A stretch of 64,000 nucleotides of DNA, taken from assembly GCA_035532495.1 (NCBI GenBank), contig DATKQX010000062.1:47261-111260 (forward strand). The letters are read 5' to 3'. Shown in pieces: positions 51,900 through 59,603 of this stretch (the stretch's first letter is position 1; each line of letters starts with the position of its first letter). Below the pieces are notes generated by a model, which was given only the letters and a program-made list of their open reading frames with translations, did no database searches and was not told the DNA's origin. Made by a program: the position numbers and the translations under genes. Source of the stretch: Candidatus Saccharimonadales bacterium (GTDB taxonomy: Bacteria; Chloroflexota; Dormibacteria; Aeolococcales; Aeolococcaceae).

Positions 51900-52400
51900 G
51901 TGCCGGCGATGCCGATCACGCCACGCAGCACGGTCGCCGTCTACCGGCGCGCATTTCAGGACACTCGGCGCGAGCGGCTGTTCCTGTCGTCCGTGTCATT
52001 TTTCGCAACGTTCGCGGCGGCCCGGACGATCACCCATGCGATCCGCGGCGGCGTCGGTCCGTTTCACGACCTGACGGCGGGCGGCAGGCATCTCCATCAC
52101 CTCGTCTTCGGGATCGCCGGGCTTCTGGGAAGCGGCTACCTGTGGTTGATCCACGTGGAGCAGGACCGCACAGGTCAGGGCGATGACGCGCTCGCGAAAT
52201 GCAACGCCGTGCTGTACGGCGGTGCATCGGCACTGACACTCGATGAGTTCGCGCTCTGGCTCGACCTCGCGGACGTGTACTGGACCAAGCAGGGACGCGC
52301 CAGCCTCGACGCAGTGATGCTGTTCGGCGGCGCGCTCTCGATCGGCCTCTGGGGACAACCGTTTTTCAAAGAACTCATCAAGGAAGTCCGCCATATCTGA
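51900..52400 (+). CDS. hypothetical membrane protein
   Basis: GTG start. 3-4 hydrophobic segments and protein-like composition. The antisense ORF is Arg-rich. Confidence 0.5.
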   Translation: MPAMPITPRSTVAVYRRAFQDTRRERLFLSSVSFFATFAAARTITHAIRGGVGPFHDLTAGGRHLHHLVFGIAGLLGSGYLWLIHVEQDRTGQGDDALAKCNAVLYGGASALTLDEFALWLDLADVYWTKQGRASLDAVMLFGGALSIGLWGQPFFKELIKEVRHI

Positions 52401-52481
52401 CCACGACCACGTTCGGAGCCGCGCGCTCGCTGCTCGGAGCGCTGCTCTGCGTGACGGCGCTCGTGCTTCGGCGGCACGCGC

Positions 52482-54065
52482 TCACCATGAGTCCACGTAT
52501 CGCGGCCGCCGCGCTTCGCGCGACGTCGCACTCCGCTCGTCGTCGGGACGCAGGATCACTGCCGCAACCAGCGCGCGCGTCTCCGCCGGGTCGATCACAT
52601 CGTCGATCTCGAAGTAGGTGGCGGTGTTGATCGCCGCACCTCTCGCGTACGACTCCGCAACCATCGCCTCGTAGGTCGACTGCCGCTCGTCTGCGTCGAC
52701 GATCGCTTCCAGCTCCTTGCGATAGGCGAGCTTCACCGCTCCTTCGAGGCCCATGCCTCCGAATTCGCCAGTTGGCCATGCCACGGTCATCAGCGGTGCG
52801 CGAAAGCTTCCGCCGGCCATGGCCTGCGCGCCGAGCCCGTACCCTTTGCGCAGCACCACGGTCATGAATGGCACAGTCAGCGCTGCGCCGGCGAGGAACA
52901 ACCGGCTCGCGTGACGCACGAGCGCGGAGCGCTCCGCGTCGGGGCCGACCATGATGCCGGGCGTGTCACACAGGAAGAGGACTGGCAGCGAGAATGCCTC
53001 GCAGAGCTGAAGAAAGCGCGCCGCCTTGTCGGCGCAGTCGCTCGTGATCGCGCCCGCCAGGTGTATCGGATTGTTGGCGACGATCCCCATGGGGCGCCCC
53101 TCGATGTGCGCGAGCGCCGTCACCATGCCACGCGCGAAACCCGCGCGCAACTCGAGCATGGAGCCGGTATCTGCGATCAGATCGAGCGCGCGATGGACGT
53201 CGTAAGCGCGCCGCCGGTTCTCGGGGACGACGTCGCGCAACCCCATCTGGTCCGGCGCTTCCCATGTTGCGATCGATCCCTGAAAGAACGCGATCGACTG
53301 ACGCGCGAGGCGAACCGCATCGGCCTCATCTGTTGCGGCGACATCGATGACTCCGTTGCGCACCTGCATATCGAACGGCCCGACATCATCTGCGTCGACG
53401 AGCCCGAGACCACCGCCTTCGATCATGGCGGGGCCGCCCATGCCGATGCTGGCGTCCGGTGTCGCGATGACGAGGTCGCAGCAGCCGAGGAGCAGCGCAT
53501 TGCCGGCGAAGCACCGGCCGGAGGCGATCCCAATACGCGGGACGACCCCCGAGAGTCGCGCCCAGAGCGCGAACGCCATGACGTCAAGGCCCGCGACCAT
53601 CGCGTTATCGGTATCACCGGGTCGCCCGCCGCCGCCTTCGGCGAAGAGGACGACCGGCAACCGTCTGCGTTCGATGACATCGAAGAGCCGGTCCTTCTTG
53701 CGATGGCCCATGACTCCCTGCGTCCCCGCAAGCACTGTGTAGTCGTACGAGAGCACCGCGCAGTCCGCACGATCGGCGCCGACGAGTGCGCCATTGACGC
53801 GCGCGGTGCCGCCGATGAGTCCGTCGGCGGGCGTGCGCCGTATCAAATCGTCGACGGTCCGACGTCCCCGCTGCGCCGCGATCGCCAGGCCGCCGTACTC
53901 GACGAACGATCCGACGTCGCAGAGGGCGGCGAGGTTCTCCCGAGCCGTGCGCCGGCCGGCGGCGTGACGCGACGCTGCAACGTCAGCGCGATTCGCATCG
54001 CCGGTCATCCGGCGGCGGCGCACCGCCTCGTCGAGGTCGGTCCGTGTGGTCTCGGAGTCAGGCAT
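52482..54065 (-). CDS. acyl-CoA carboxylase carboxyltransferase subunit (PccB/AccD-like)
   Basis: ATG 54065 (MPDSETTRTDLDEA...). Carboxyl-transferase patterns are GTQGVMGHRK, FAEGGGGRPGD, GPAMIEGGGLG and PGIMVGP. The upstream 122 aa of the track ORF are discarded. Confidence 0.85.
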   Translation of the reverse strand: MPDSETTRTDLDEAVRRRRMTGDANRADVAASRHAAGRRTARENLAALCDVGSFVEYGGLAIAAQRGRRTVDDLIRRTPADGLIGGTARVNGALVGADRADCAVLSYDYTVLAGTQGVMGHRKKDRLFDVIERRRLPVVLFAEGGGGRPGDTDNAMVAGLDVMAFALWARLSGVVPRIGIASGRCFAGNALLLGCCDLVIATPDASIGMGGPAMIEGGGLGLVDADDVGPFDMQVRNGVIDVAATDEADAVRLARQSIAFFQGSIATWEAPDQMGLRDVVPENRRRAYDVHRALDLIADTGSMLELRAGFARGMVTALAHIEGRPMGIVANNPIHLAGAITSDCADKAARFLQLCEAFSLPVLFLCDTPGIMVGPDAERSALVRHASRLFLAGAALTVPFMTVVLRKGYGLGAQAMAGGSFRAPLMTVAWPTGEFGGMGLEGAVKLAYRKELEAIVDADERQSTYEAMVAESYARGAAINTATYFEIDDVIDPAETRALVAAVILRPDDERSATSREARRPRYVDSW

Positions 54066-54118
54066 CCGCGGCGAGCTTAGTCCAGGTGCCCACGCGGCAC
54101 CAGCCCGACAACCAACCC

Positions 54119-54778
54119 TCAGCGGACGCCGGATCGACGCGACGGACGTTCCCCGCTCGGGAGGAACGTGAAGAGGCGAACGTCCGGTTCGAACGCGCGC
54201 GGCGAAACGGTGAGACGAGCCGCGCCCACAGCGGCGGTGGTCTCGGGAATGGCGACGAACGCGAGCTCCGAGAATCCCGCCGCCTCGAACCACCGGCGAA
54301 TCGTGGGAGTGAGGTCCGGCTCGAACGTTCCCCGCGTCCAGATGACCGTGGCGCCCGGAGCGCACAGGGTGGGCAACCGATTCACGGTGTCCTCGATGTC
54401 CTCGTCGGTGACATTGCCGAAGACACCGCACACCAACAGGATGTCAGCAGGAGCGACGCCCGCATACGCGCTCGTGAGGGACGCGTCGCCGTCGACGACC
54501 TCGATGGCGGGGGAGATGCCTGCCGCGCGCTCGCGCCCGTGTGCGGCAAGGTCTGTGTCGAGCTCGACCAGGCGCCCGATCACGTCGCTGCCGCGCGGAT
54601 GGTCCTCGAGCACGCCGAGCACGTCGCGACCATCTCCGGCGCACATGCTGATGACACGAATCTCGCCGGGTGGGCAAGCGTCCAACGCCGTGCGAATCAG
54701 GTCCTGCACGACGGCGAGACGCCGCGCCAACGGCGAACCCGGCCGGTACCCCTCGTGCCACTCAACCCACTCGCTCAT
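54119..54778 (-). CDS. class I SAM-dependent methyltransferase
   Basis: Motif I-like VISMCAGDGRD, LVELD and LLVCGVFGN. Assignment is moderate. Confidence 0.55.
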   Translation of the reverse strand: MSEWVEWHEGYRPGSPLARRLAVVQDLIRTALDACPPGEIRVISMCAGDGRDVLGVLEDHPRGSDVIGRLVELDTDLAAHGRERAAGISPAIEVVDGDASLTSAYAGVAPADILLVCGVFGNVTDEDIEDTVNRLPTLCAPGATVIWTRGTFEPDLTPTIRRWFEAAGFSELAFVAIPETTAAVGAARLTVSPRAFEPDVRLFTFLPSGERPSRRSGVR

Positions 54779-54886
54779 CGCAAAAGCCTACAAAACGACG
54801 CCCGGCTCGGCTAGGGTTCGCACCGTCGATCATTGGCGAGGTGAGGTAGGAACCGTGGACGGCACTGCTGTGACGACGGAGTCCCC

Positions 54887-56152
54887 ATGACCGCTCGGTC
54901 GGTCCTCACGACCCCAGCGCTCAGTGTCGAGCCGGGCTCAGAGGCCGTCGCGCAGCTCACCATCCGCAATACCGGCAGCGTCGTCGACCACTTCCACGTG
55001 CAGGTGCTCGGTGACGCGGCTCGCTGGGCGACGGTCACGCCAGAGACTCTGCCGCTCTTCCCCGACGGTGAAGGGGTGGTCAGCATCTCGTTCCGCCCGG
55101 CACGCGTCTCGGCGGCTCGTGCGGGAGCGACTCCGTTCGGCATCAAGGTGACCTCGGAAGTCGATCCGTCGGACACCAGTGTCGAGGAGGGCTCGCTCCA
55201 GATCGGGGCGTTCACCGAACTGGCCGGCGAGCTCGTTCCCCTGATCTCGCACGGCAGCCGCACCGGTAAGCATCAGCTGGCGTGCGACAACAAGGGCAAC
55301 ACGCCGCTCACGCTCGCGTTCGGCGGCGTCGACCAGGAGGAGGCGCTGCGGTTCGCATTCGATCCGACGAGCGTGGTCGCCGAACCCGGGACGGCGACCA
55401 TCGTCACGGTACGAGCGCATCCGCGAAAGCGGTTCCTGACAGGGACGGCCAAGACCCACCGTTTCCAGACGATCATCCAGCCGCGCGAGGCGCCGCCGGT
55501 GACCGTGGACGGGTCGATGGTGCAGACCCCGATCCTGCCAACGTGGCTGCCGAAGGCGCTCGCCGCATTGGTGGTGCTCGCCATCGCGGCAGTCGTGCTC
55601 TGGTTGACGGTGCTGAATCCCGCAATCAAGTCAACAGCGACGACCGCCGCCAACAACGCACTCTCGGCGGCGGGCATCAAGCCCGGTGGCGGCGGTGGCG
55701 GTGGCGGCGGGAGCCCAACGCCGACCCCGTCGGGCTCCACGGTAACCCCACCGCCCGGGAGCACGGGCGGCGGACCTGCGAGCGGCAGGCTGACGGTGCG
55801 CGCCGGCGCCGGCAACACGCCGCAATGCCCGGGCAACAACGCCGGACAGTTCAACGTTCCAAACGGGAACACGTTCTCGCTCACCGACCTCGTCTTCCAG
55901 AACCCGAACGGCGACACGGGCATCCTCACGCTGAGCCGTGGCTGCGGAAACGGGAGCGTGCTCTTCCAGGAGCAGCTGAGTAACTTCCGCGACCTCGACT
56001 TTCACTTCGTGAACCCGTTCACGTTCGCGTCGGGCCAGGGGATGGTCCTGCAGCTCCAGTGCACCGCTCCGGGGCCGCCACCGCCTGCCACGGCGAACGG
56101 TCAGTGCTCCGACGCCATGGTGTGGTCGGGGTCGCTGAAGCCGAACAGCTGA
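54887..56152 (+). CDS. bitopic membrane protein: two N-terminal Ig-like (CARDB-type) repeats, TM helix, Gly/Pro/Thr linker, Cys-containing C-terminal domain
   Basis: No signal peptide. Repeats LSVEPGSEAVAQLTIRNTGSVVDHFHVQV and VVAEPGTATIVTVRAHP. TM helix LPKALAALVVLAIAAVVLWLTVL, then GGGGGGGGSPTPTPSGS. GGAG RBS 6 nt upstream of the ATG. Confidence 0.7.
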   Translation: MTARSVLTTPALSVEPGSEAVAQLTIRNTGSVVDHFHVQVLGDAARWATVTPETLPLFPDGEGVVSISFRPARVSAARAGATPFGIKVTSEVDPSDTSVEEGSLQIGAFTELAGELVPLISHGSRTGKHQLACDNKGNTPLTLAFGGVDQEEALRFAFDPTSVVAEPGTATIVTVRAHPRKRFLTGTAKTHRFQTIIQPREAPPVTVDGSMVQTPILPTWLPKALAALVVLAIAAVVLWLTVLNPAIKSTATTAANNALSAAGIKPGGGGGGGGGSPTPTPSGSTVTPPPGSTGGGPASGRLTVRAGAGNTPQCPGNNAGQFNVPNGNTFSLTDLVFQNPNGDTGILTLSRGCGNGSVLFQEQLSNFRDLDFHFVNPFTFASGQGMVLQLQCTAPGPPPPATANGQCSDAMVWSGSLKPNS

Positions 56153-56160
56153 GGTCGAGT

Positions 56161-56844
56161 TCAGCCCTTTCGGCGCGTCGTGTGCGTTACCGCGGGGCCT
56201 GATGCGCCGGCCGGAGCAAGCGCTTCGCGACGACGTTCGTCGGCGATCGAGGTGGGAACGACTTCGGCGGCACCGTTGGGCGCGGCCACGGTGATGCGGC
56301 GCTCGCGTACCGGCGTGGCGACAGTCGCCGGCACCGGGCGTGGGAGTGGCGCAGTCACCACCAGGTCGAGCGCGGGCCGCGGTGCGATGCCCAGTCCCGT
56401 CCAGAGATCCGACGGCGCGTCCTCGCCGGGACTCGGCAACGCGATGGTGAGAAACACGGGCAGCCCCTCGTCGAGGAGATCGCCGCTGATGTGCTCCGCA
56501 GGGATGGCCTGCTCGTCGGCGAGCGCCGTCAGCAGCGACGACAGCAACCGGTGCTCATCGGCGACATTGGCGGCCCATGCGGTGACGAGGTATCGCAGCC
56601 GATAGCGGTGGAGCGGCGGCCGGCGTCCGACTACCCGCCCCTCATCGTTGCGAACGTCCTCCCAGTCGTTCTGGCGCCGGCTCACGTCCTCGCGAATCTC
56701 CCAGAGGTGAGCGTTGACGACGCTTCCCGAGACGTGATCGTGCCACTGTTGCGTGGGCGAGTCGAAGACGACATCCACGTCGGAGCCGTGGAGCGCGGTC
56801 GCGCGCAGCAGCGAGCGCAGCGACGCGTCGACGTCGGCGATCAT
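56161..56844 (-). CDS. DUF4255 (Pvc16/Afp16-like) CIS tail terminator/cap protein
   Basis: ATG 56844. MIADVDASLRSLL...VDVVFDSP...VNAHLWEIRED...YRLRYLVTAWA matches the DUF4255 N-terminal pattern. It is divergent from the sheath gene. Confidence 0.7.
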   Translation of the reverse strand: MIADVDASLRSLLRATALHGSDVDVVFDSPTQQWHDHVSGSVVNAHLWEIREDVSRRQNDWEDVRNDEGRVVGRRPPLHRYRLRYLVTAWAANVADEHRLLSSLLTALADEQAIPAEHISGDLLDEGLPVFLTIALPSPGEDAPSDLWTGLGIAPRPALDLVVTAPLPRPVPATVATPVRERRITVAAPNGAAEVVPTSIADERRREALAPAGASGPAVTHTTRRKG

Positions 56845-56886
56845 CCATCTGAGGCTGGCGCGCAGCGCGACGTGCCGCAACGGCAC

Positions 56887-56922
56887 AAGGTGCAGCCGGA
56901 AGGGCGCGCCGGGCTGCACCTT
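56887..56922. repeat. 11-bp inverted repeat AAGGTGCAGCC-n14-GGCTGCACCTT in the divergent cap/sheath promoter region
   Basis: Read directly. Arms are 56887-56897 and 56912-56922. Confidence 0.8.
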
Positions 56923-57029
56923 CGGGCAGACGCGTGTTCCCGGACGCCGGCCCCTGCGTGCCTCGCGGATCGACCGGGCCGGTGCGAAGCTCGACACACC
57001 TACGCGTTCGAGTGGTGAGGAGACTGCGC

Positions 57030-58559
57030 ATGCCAAGCTATCTGTCGCCCGGCGTCTATGTTCAGGAGGTGTCGTCGGGTTCGAAACCCATCGAGGGTGT
57101 CGGCACCGCGGTCGCCGCGTTCGTCGGCCTCACCGAGAAAGGCCCGGCCAACACGCCGACTCTCGTCACCAACTGGACGCAGTTCAACACGATGTTCGGC
57201 GACTTCGTCGAGGGTTCGTATCTCGCGCACGCGGTGTACGGATACTTCCTCAACGGCGGTGGATCGGCGTACGTCGTGCGCATCGGTTCCGACGGCGACG
57301 CGGCGCAGCCGAGCGCGAACGCGGAGCTGGCCGGCAGGGGCGAGCCCGGCCGTCCCGTGTATCGCGTGACTGCCGCTGAAGGCGGTCCCGCGGGCGACGA
57401 CATCAGCGTCGAGATCGGAGAACCGGGAGAGCCCGGGGAAGACACGTTCAAGGTGTCGGTCTCGAAGGGCGGCAAGGTCGAGGAAACATTCGACAACGTC
57501 AGCGCGAAGCGCGGTCCCACCAACGCCGTGACCGTCGTCAAGGCTCGCTCGAAGCTCATCCGGCTCGAGGAGATCGGGGGTGGCGGGACCATGACGGTTC
57601 CCGAGAAGGCCAACGTCAAGCTCAGCGGCGGCACCGCGGTCACCTCCGTGCACGTCACCGCTGACGACTACGTCGGCAACTCCGCCGACCGCACCGGCTT
57701 TGCGGGCCTCGAAGCCGTCGACGAAGTGACCATGCTGAGCGTCCCGGACGTGATGGCCGCCTATCAGCGCGGCATCATCGATCTCGAGGCTGTGCAGGCG
57801 GTGCAGCTCGCGATGATCGCCCACTGCGAGCTGATGGGCGATCGTGTCGCCATCCTCGACGCGCCGCCCTCGCTGAACGCGCAGCAGGTCAAGGAATGGC
57901 GCATGGACAAGGCCGGCTACGACTCGAAGTACGCAGCGCTGTACTGGCCCTGGATCAAGGTCTTTGATCCCATCAAGGGCCAGGGCATGATGATTCCGCC
58001 GAGCGGGCACATCGCCGGCATCTGGGCGCGCAACGACGATACGCGTGGCGTGCACAAGGCGCCCGCGAACGAGGTCGTCCGCGGCGCGATCGCGCTCGAG
58101 CTCCAGATCACCAAGGGTGAGCATGATCAGCTCAATCCCTCGGGCATCAACTGCATCCGCGCGTTCCCCGGTCGTGGCGTCCGTGTCTGGGGTGCGCGCA
58201 CCATCTCGAGTGACCCGGAGTGGCGGTACCTCAACGTTCGCCGGCTCTTCAACTTCGTCGAGGAGTCGATTCTCGAGGGCACGCAGTGGGTCGTGTTCGA
58301 GCCCAACGATCCGCGCCTCTGGGACGCGGTCAAGCGCAACGTCTCCGCGTTTCTGCGCAGGGTCTGGCGTGACGGCGCGCTCTTCGGCCTCACGCCCGCC
58401 GAGGCGTTCTTCGTCAAATGTGACGCCGAGAACAACACCCAGGACACGATCGACATCGGTCAGCTGATCATCGATGTGGGCATCGCTCCCGTGAAACCCG
58501 CCGAATTCGTCGTGTTCCGCATCGCACAGTTCGCCGGCGGCGCAGCCGTCAGCGAGTGA
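57030..58559 (+). CDS. contractile tail sheath protein
   Basis: ATG 57030 with GAGGAG RBS. N-terminus MPSYLSPGVYVQEV, then IPPSGHIAGIWARNDDTRGVHKAPAN and NCIRAFPGRGVRVWGARTIS, typical of the phage/CIS sheath family. Confidence 0.9.
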   Translation: MPSYLSPGVYVQEVSSGSKPIEGVGTAVAAFVGLTEKGPANTPTLVTNWTQFNTMFGDFVEGSYLAHAVYGYFLNGGGSAYVVRIGSDGDAAQPSANAELAGRGEPGRPVYRVTAAEGGPAGDDISVEIGEPGEPGEDTFKVSVSKGGKVEETFDNVSAKRGPTNAVTVVKARSKLIRLEEIGGGGTMTVPEKANVKLSGGTAVTSVHVTADDYVGNSADRTGFAGLEAVDEVTMLSVPDVMAAYQRGIIDLEAVQAVQLAMIAHCELMGDRVAILDAPPSLNAQQVKEWRMDKAGYDSKYAALYWPWIKVFDPIKGQGMMIPPSGHIAGIWARNDDTRGVHKAPANEVVRGAIALELQITKGEHDQLNPSGINCIRAFPGRGVRVWGARTISSDPEWRYLNVRRLFNFVEESILEGTQWVVFEPNDPRLWDAVKRNVSAFLRRVWRDGALFGLTPAEAFFVKCDAENNTQDTIDIGQLIIDVGIAPVKPAEFVVFRIAQFAGGAAVSE

Positions 58560-58570
58560 GGGGTTAAGAA

Positions 58571-59035
58571 ATGCCAGCTGGTCTTGGTCCGAGCATGCCC
58601 AACGACGCCATCTCGGCGGCGCGGTTCTCCATCACCGTCGACGGCTACGAGATCGCGCAATTCTCGGAGCTCACCGGAATCACCACCGAGGTCGAGGTCA
58701 TCGACTTCATGGAGAACGGTTCCAGTGGCGCGAACATCCTCAAGAAGCTTCCCGGCAAGCGCAAGCCCCCGACGATCACGCTCCGGCGAGGCAAGAACAC
58801 GTCGATGGAGCTGTGGGCGTGGCACGAGTCGGTGATGCACGGCGACATCGTCGGCGCACGCAAGAGCGGGTCCATCGTCATGTACGGGTACGACGGCTCT
58901 CCGGTTGCGCGCTACCACTTCCATGACGGGTGGCCCGCGAAGATCGCGATCAGTCCTCTGAAGGCCGGCTCCAGTGAGGTCCTGATGGAGGAGGTCACGA
59001 TCGTCTGCGAGTCGCTCGAGCGGGTGGCTCCGTGA
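58571..59035 (+). CDS. CIS tail tube protein (T4 gp19-like), paralogue 1
   Basis: FSITVDGYEIAQFSELTGI...ITLRRG...W...V...GWPAKI...L.A..SEVLMEEVTI pattern of the gp19-like tube family. Confidence 0.85.
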   Translation: MPAGLGPSMPNDAISAARFSITVDGYEIAQFSELTGITTEVEVIDFMENGSSGANILKKLPGKRKPPTITLRRGKNTSMELWAWHESVMHGDIVGARKSGSIVMYGYDGSPVARYHFHDGWPAKIAISPLKAGSSEVLMEEVTIVCESLERVAP

Positions 59036-59442
59036 GCCTCGCGGCACGGGACCTGGTCGCGGTTCGTCCCGCGCTGACCACCGAGTTTCCGTTCGTGCTG
59101 CCGCGCGGCTACGTCGACCGCAAGGGCGTCGTGCATCGCGACGGCGTCATGCGACTTGCGACGGCGCGCGACGAGATCGGACCGCAGAGCGATCCGCGCG
59201 TTCGCCAGAACGCGGCGTACATGACGGTGTTGCTGCTGGAGCGCACCGTCACGCGTCTCGGCACGCTGAGCGAGGTGGACTCGTACGTCATCGAAGGGCT
59301 GTTCGCGTCGGACCTCGCGTTTCTGCAGGACCTCTACCGACGCGTCAACCAGGACGGTCACACCGAGGCGTTCGTGAGCTGTCCCGCGTGCCACCACGAG
59401 TTCACCGTCGATATAGCGGGTGACCGACCGGGGGAAGCATGA
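59032..59442 (+). CDS. CIS-associated protein with C-terminal zinc-ribbon-like CPACHHEF (possible assembly factor)
   Basis: The start overlaps the tube stop (GTGA). It sits where tail assembly chaperones lie in phage-tail-like loci. No motif-level family assignment. Confidence 0.55.
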   Translation: MSLAARDLVAVRPALTTEFPFVLPRGYVDRKGVVHRDGVMRLATARDEIGPQSDPRVRQNAAYMTVLLLERTVTRLGTLSEVDSYVIEGLFASDLAFLQDLYRRVNQDGHTEAFVSCPACHHEFTVDIAGDRPGEA

Positions 59443-59603
59443 CGTACGCGGTCGACCAGCTCTTCGAGGAGGTCGCGTACGTCGCTTACTACTTCCACTG
59501 GGAACTCGACACGATCCTGGATCTGCCGCACTCCCAGCGTCTGCGCTTCATCGAAGAGATCGGCCGTATCCACCGGCAGATGGGCGAGACGGGTGAGTTC
59601 TGA
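59439..59603 (+). CDS. 54-aa CIS-associated small protein (DUF6760-like)
   Basis: Not in the track (shorter than 60 aa). ATGA overlap upstream and TGATG overlap downstream. Translation is MTYAVDQLFEEVAYVAYYFHWELDTILDLPHSQRLRFIEEIGRIHRQMGETGEF. Family name is from memory. Confidence 0.6.
   Translation: MTYAVDQLFEEVAYVAYYFHWELDTILDLPHSQRLRFIEEIGRIHRQMGETGEF

Noticed and set aside
57077-57089. tRNA T-arm-like GGGTTCGAAACCC
   Set aside because: It lies inside the sheath coding frame (SSGSKPIEG), with no acceptor or anticodon arms around it.
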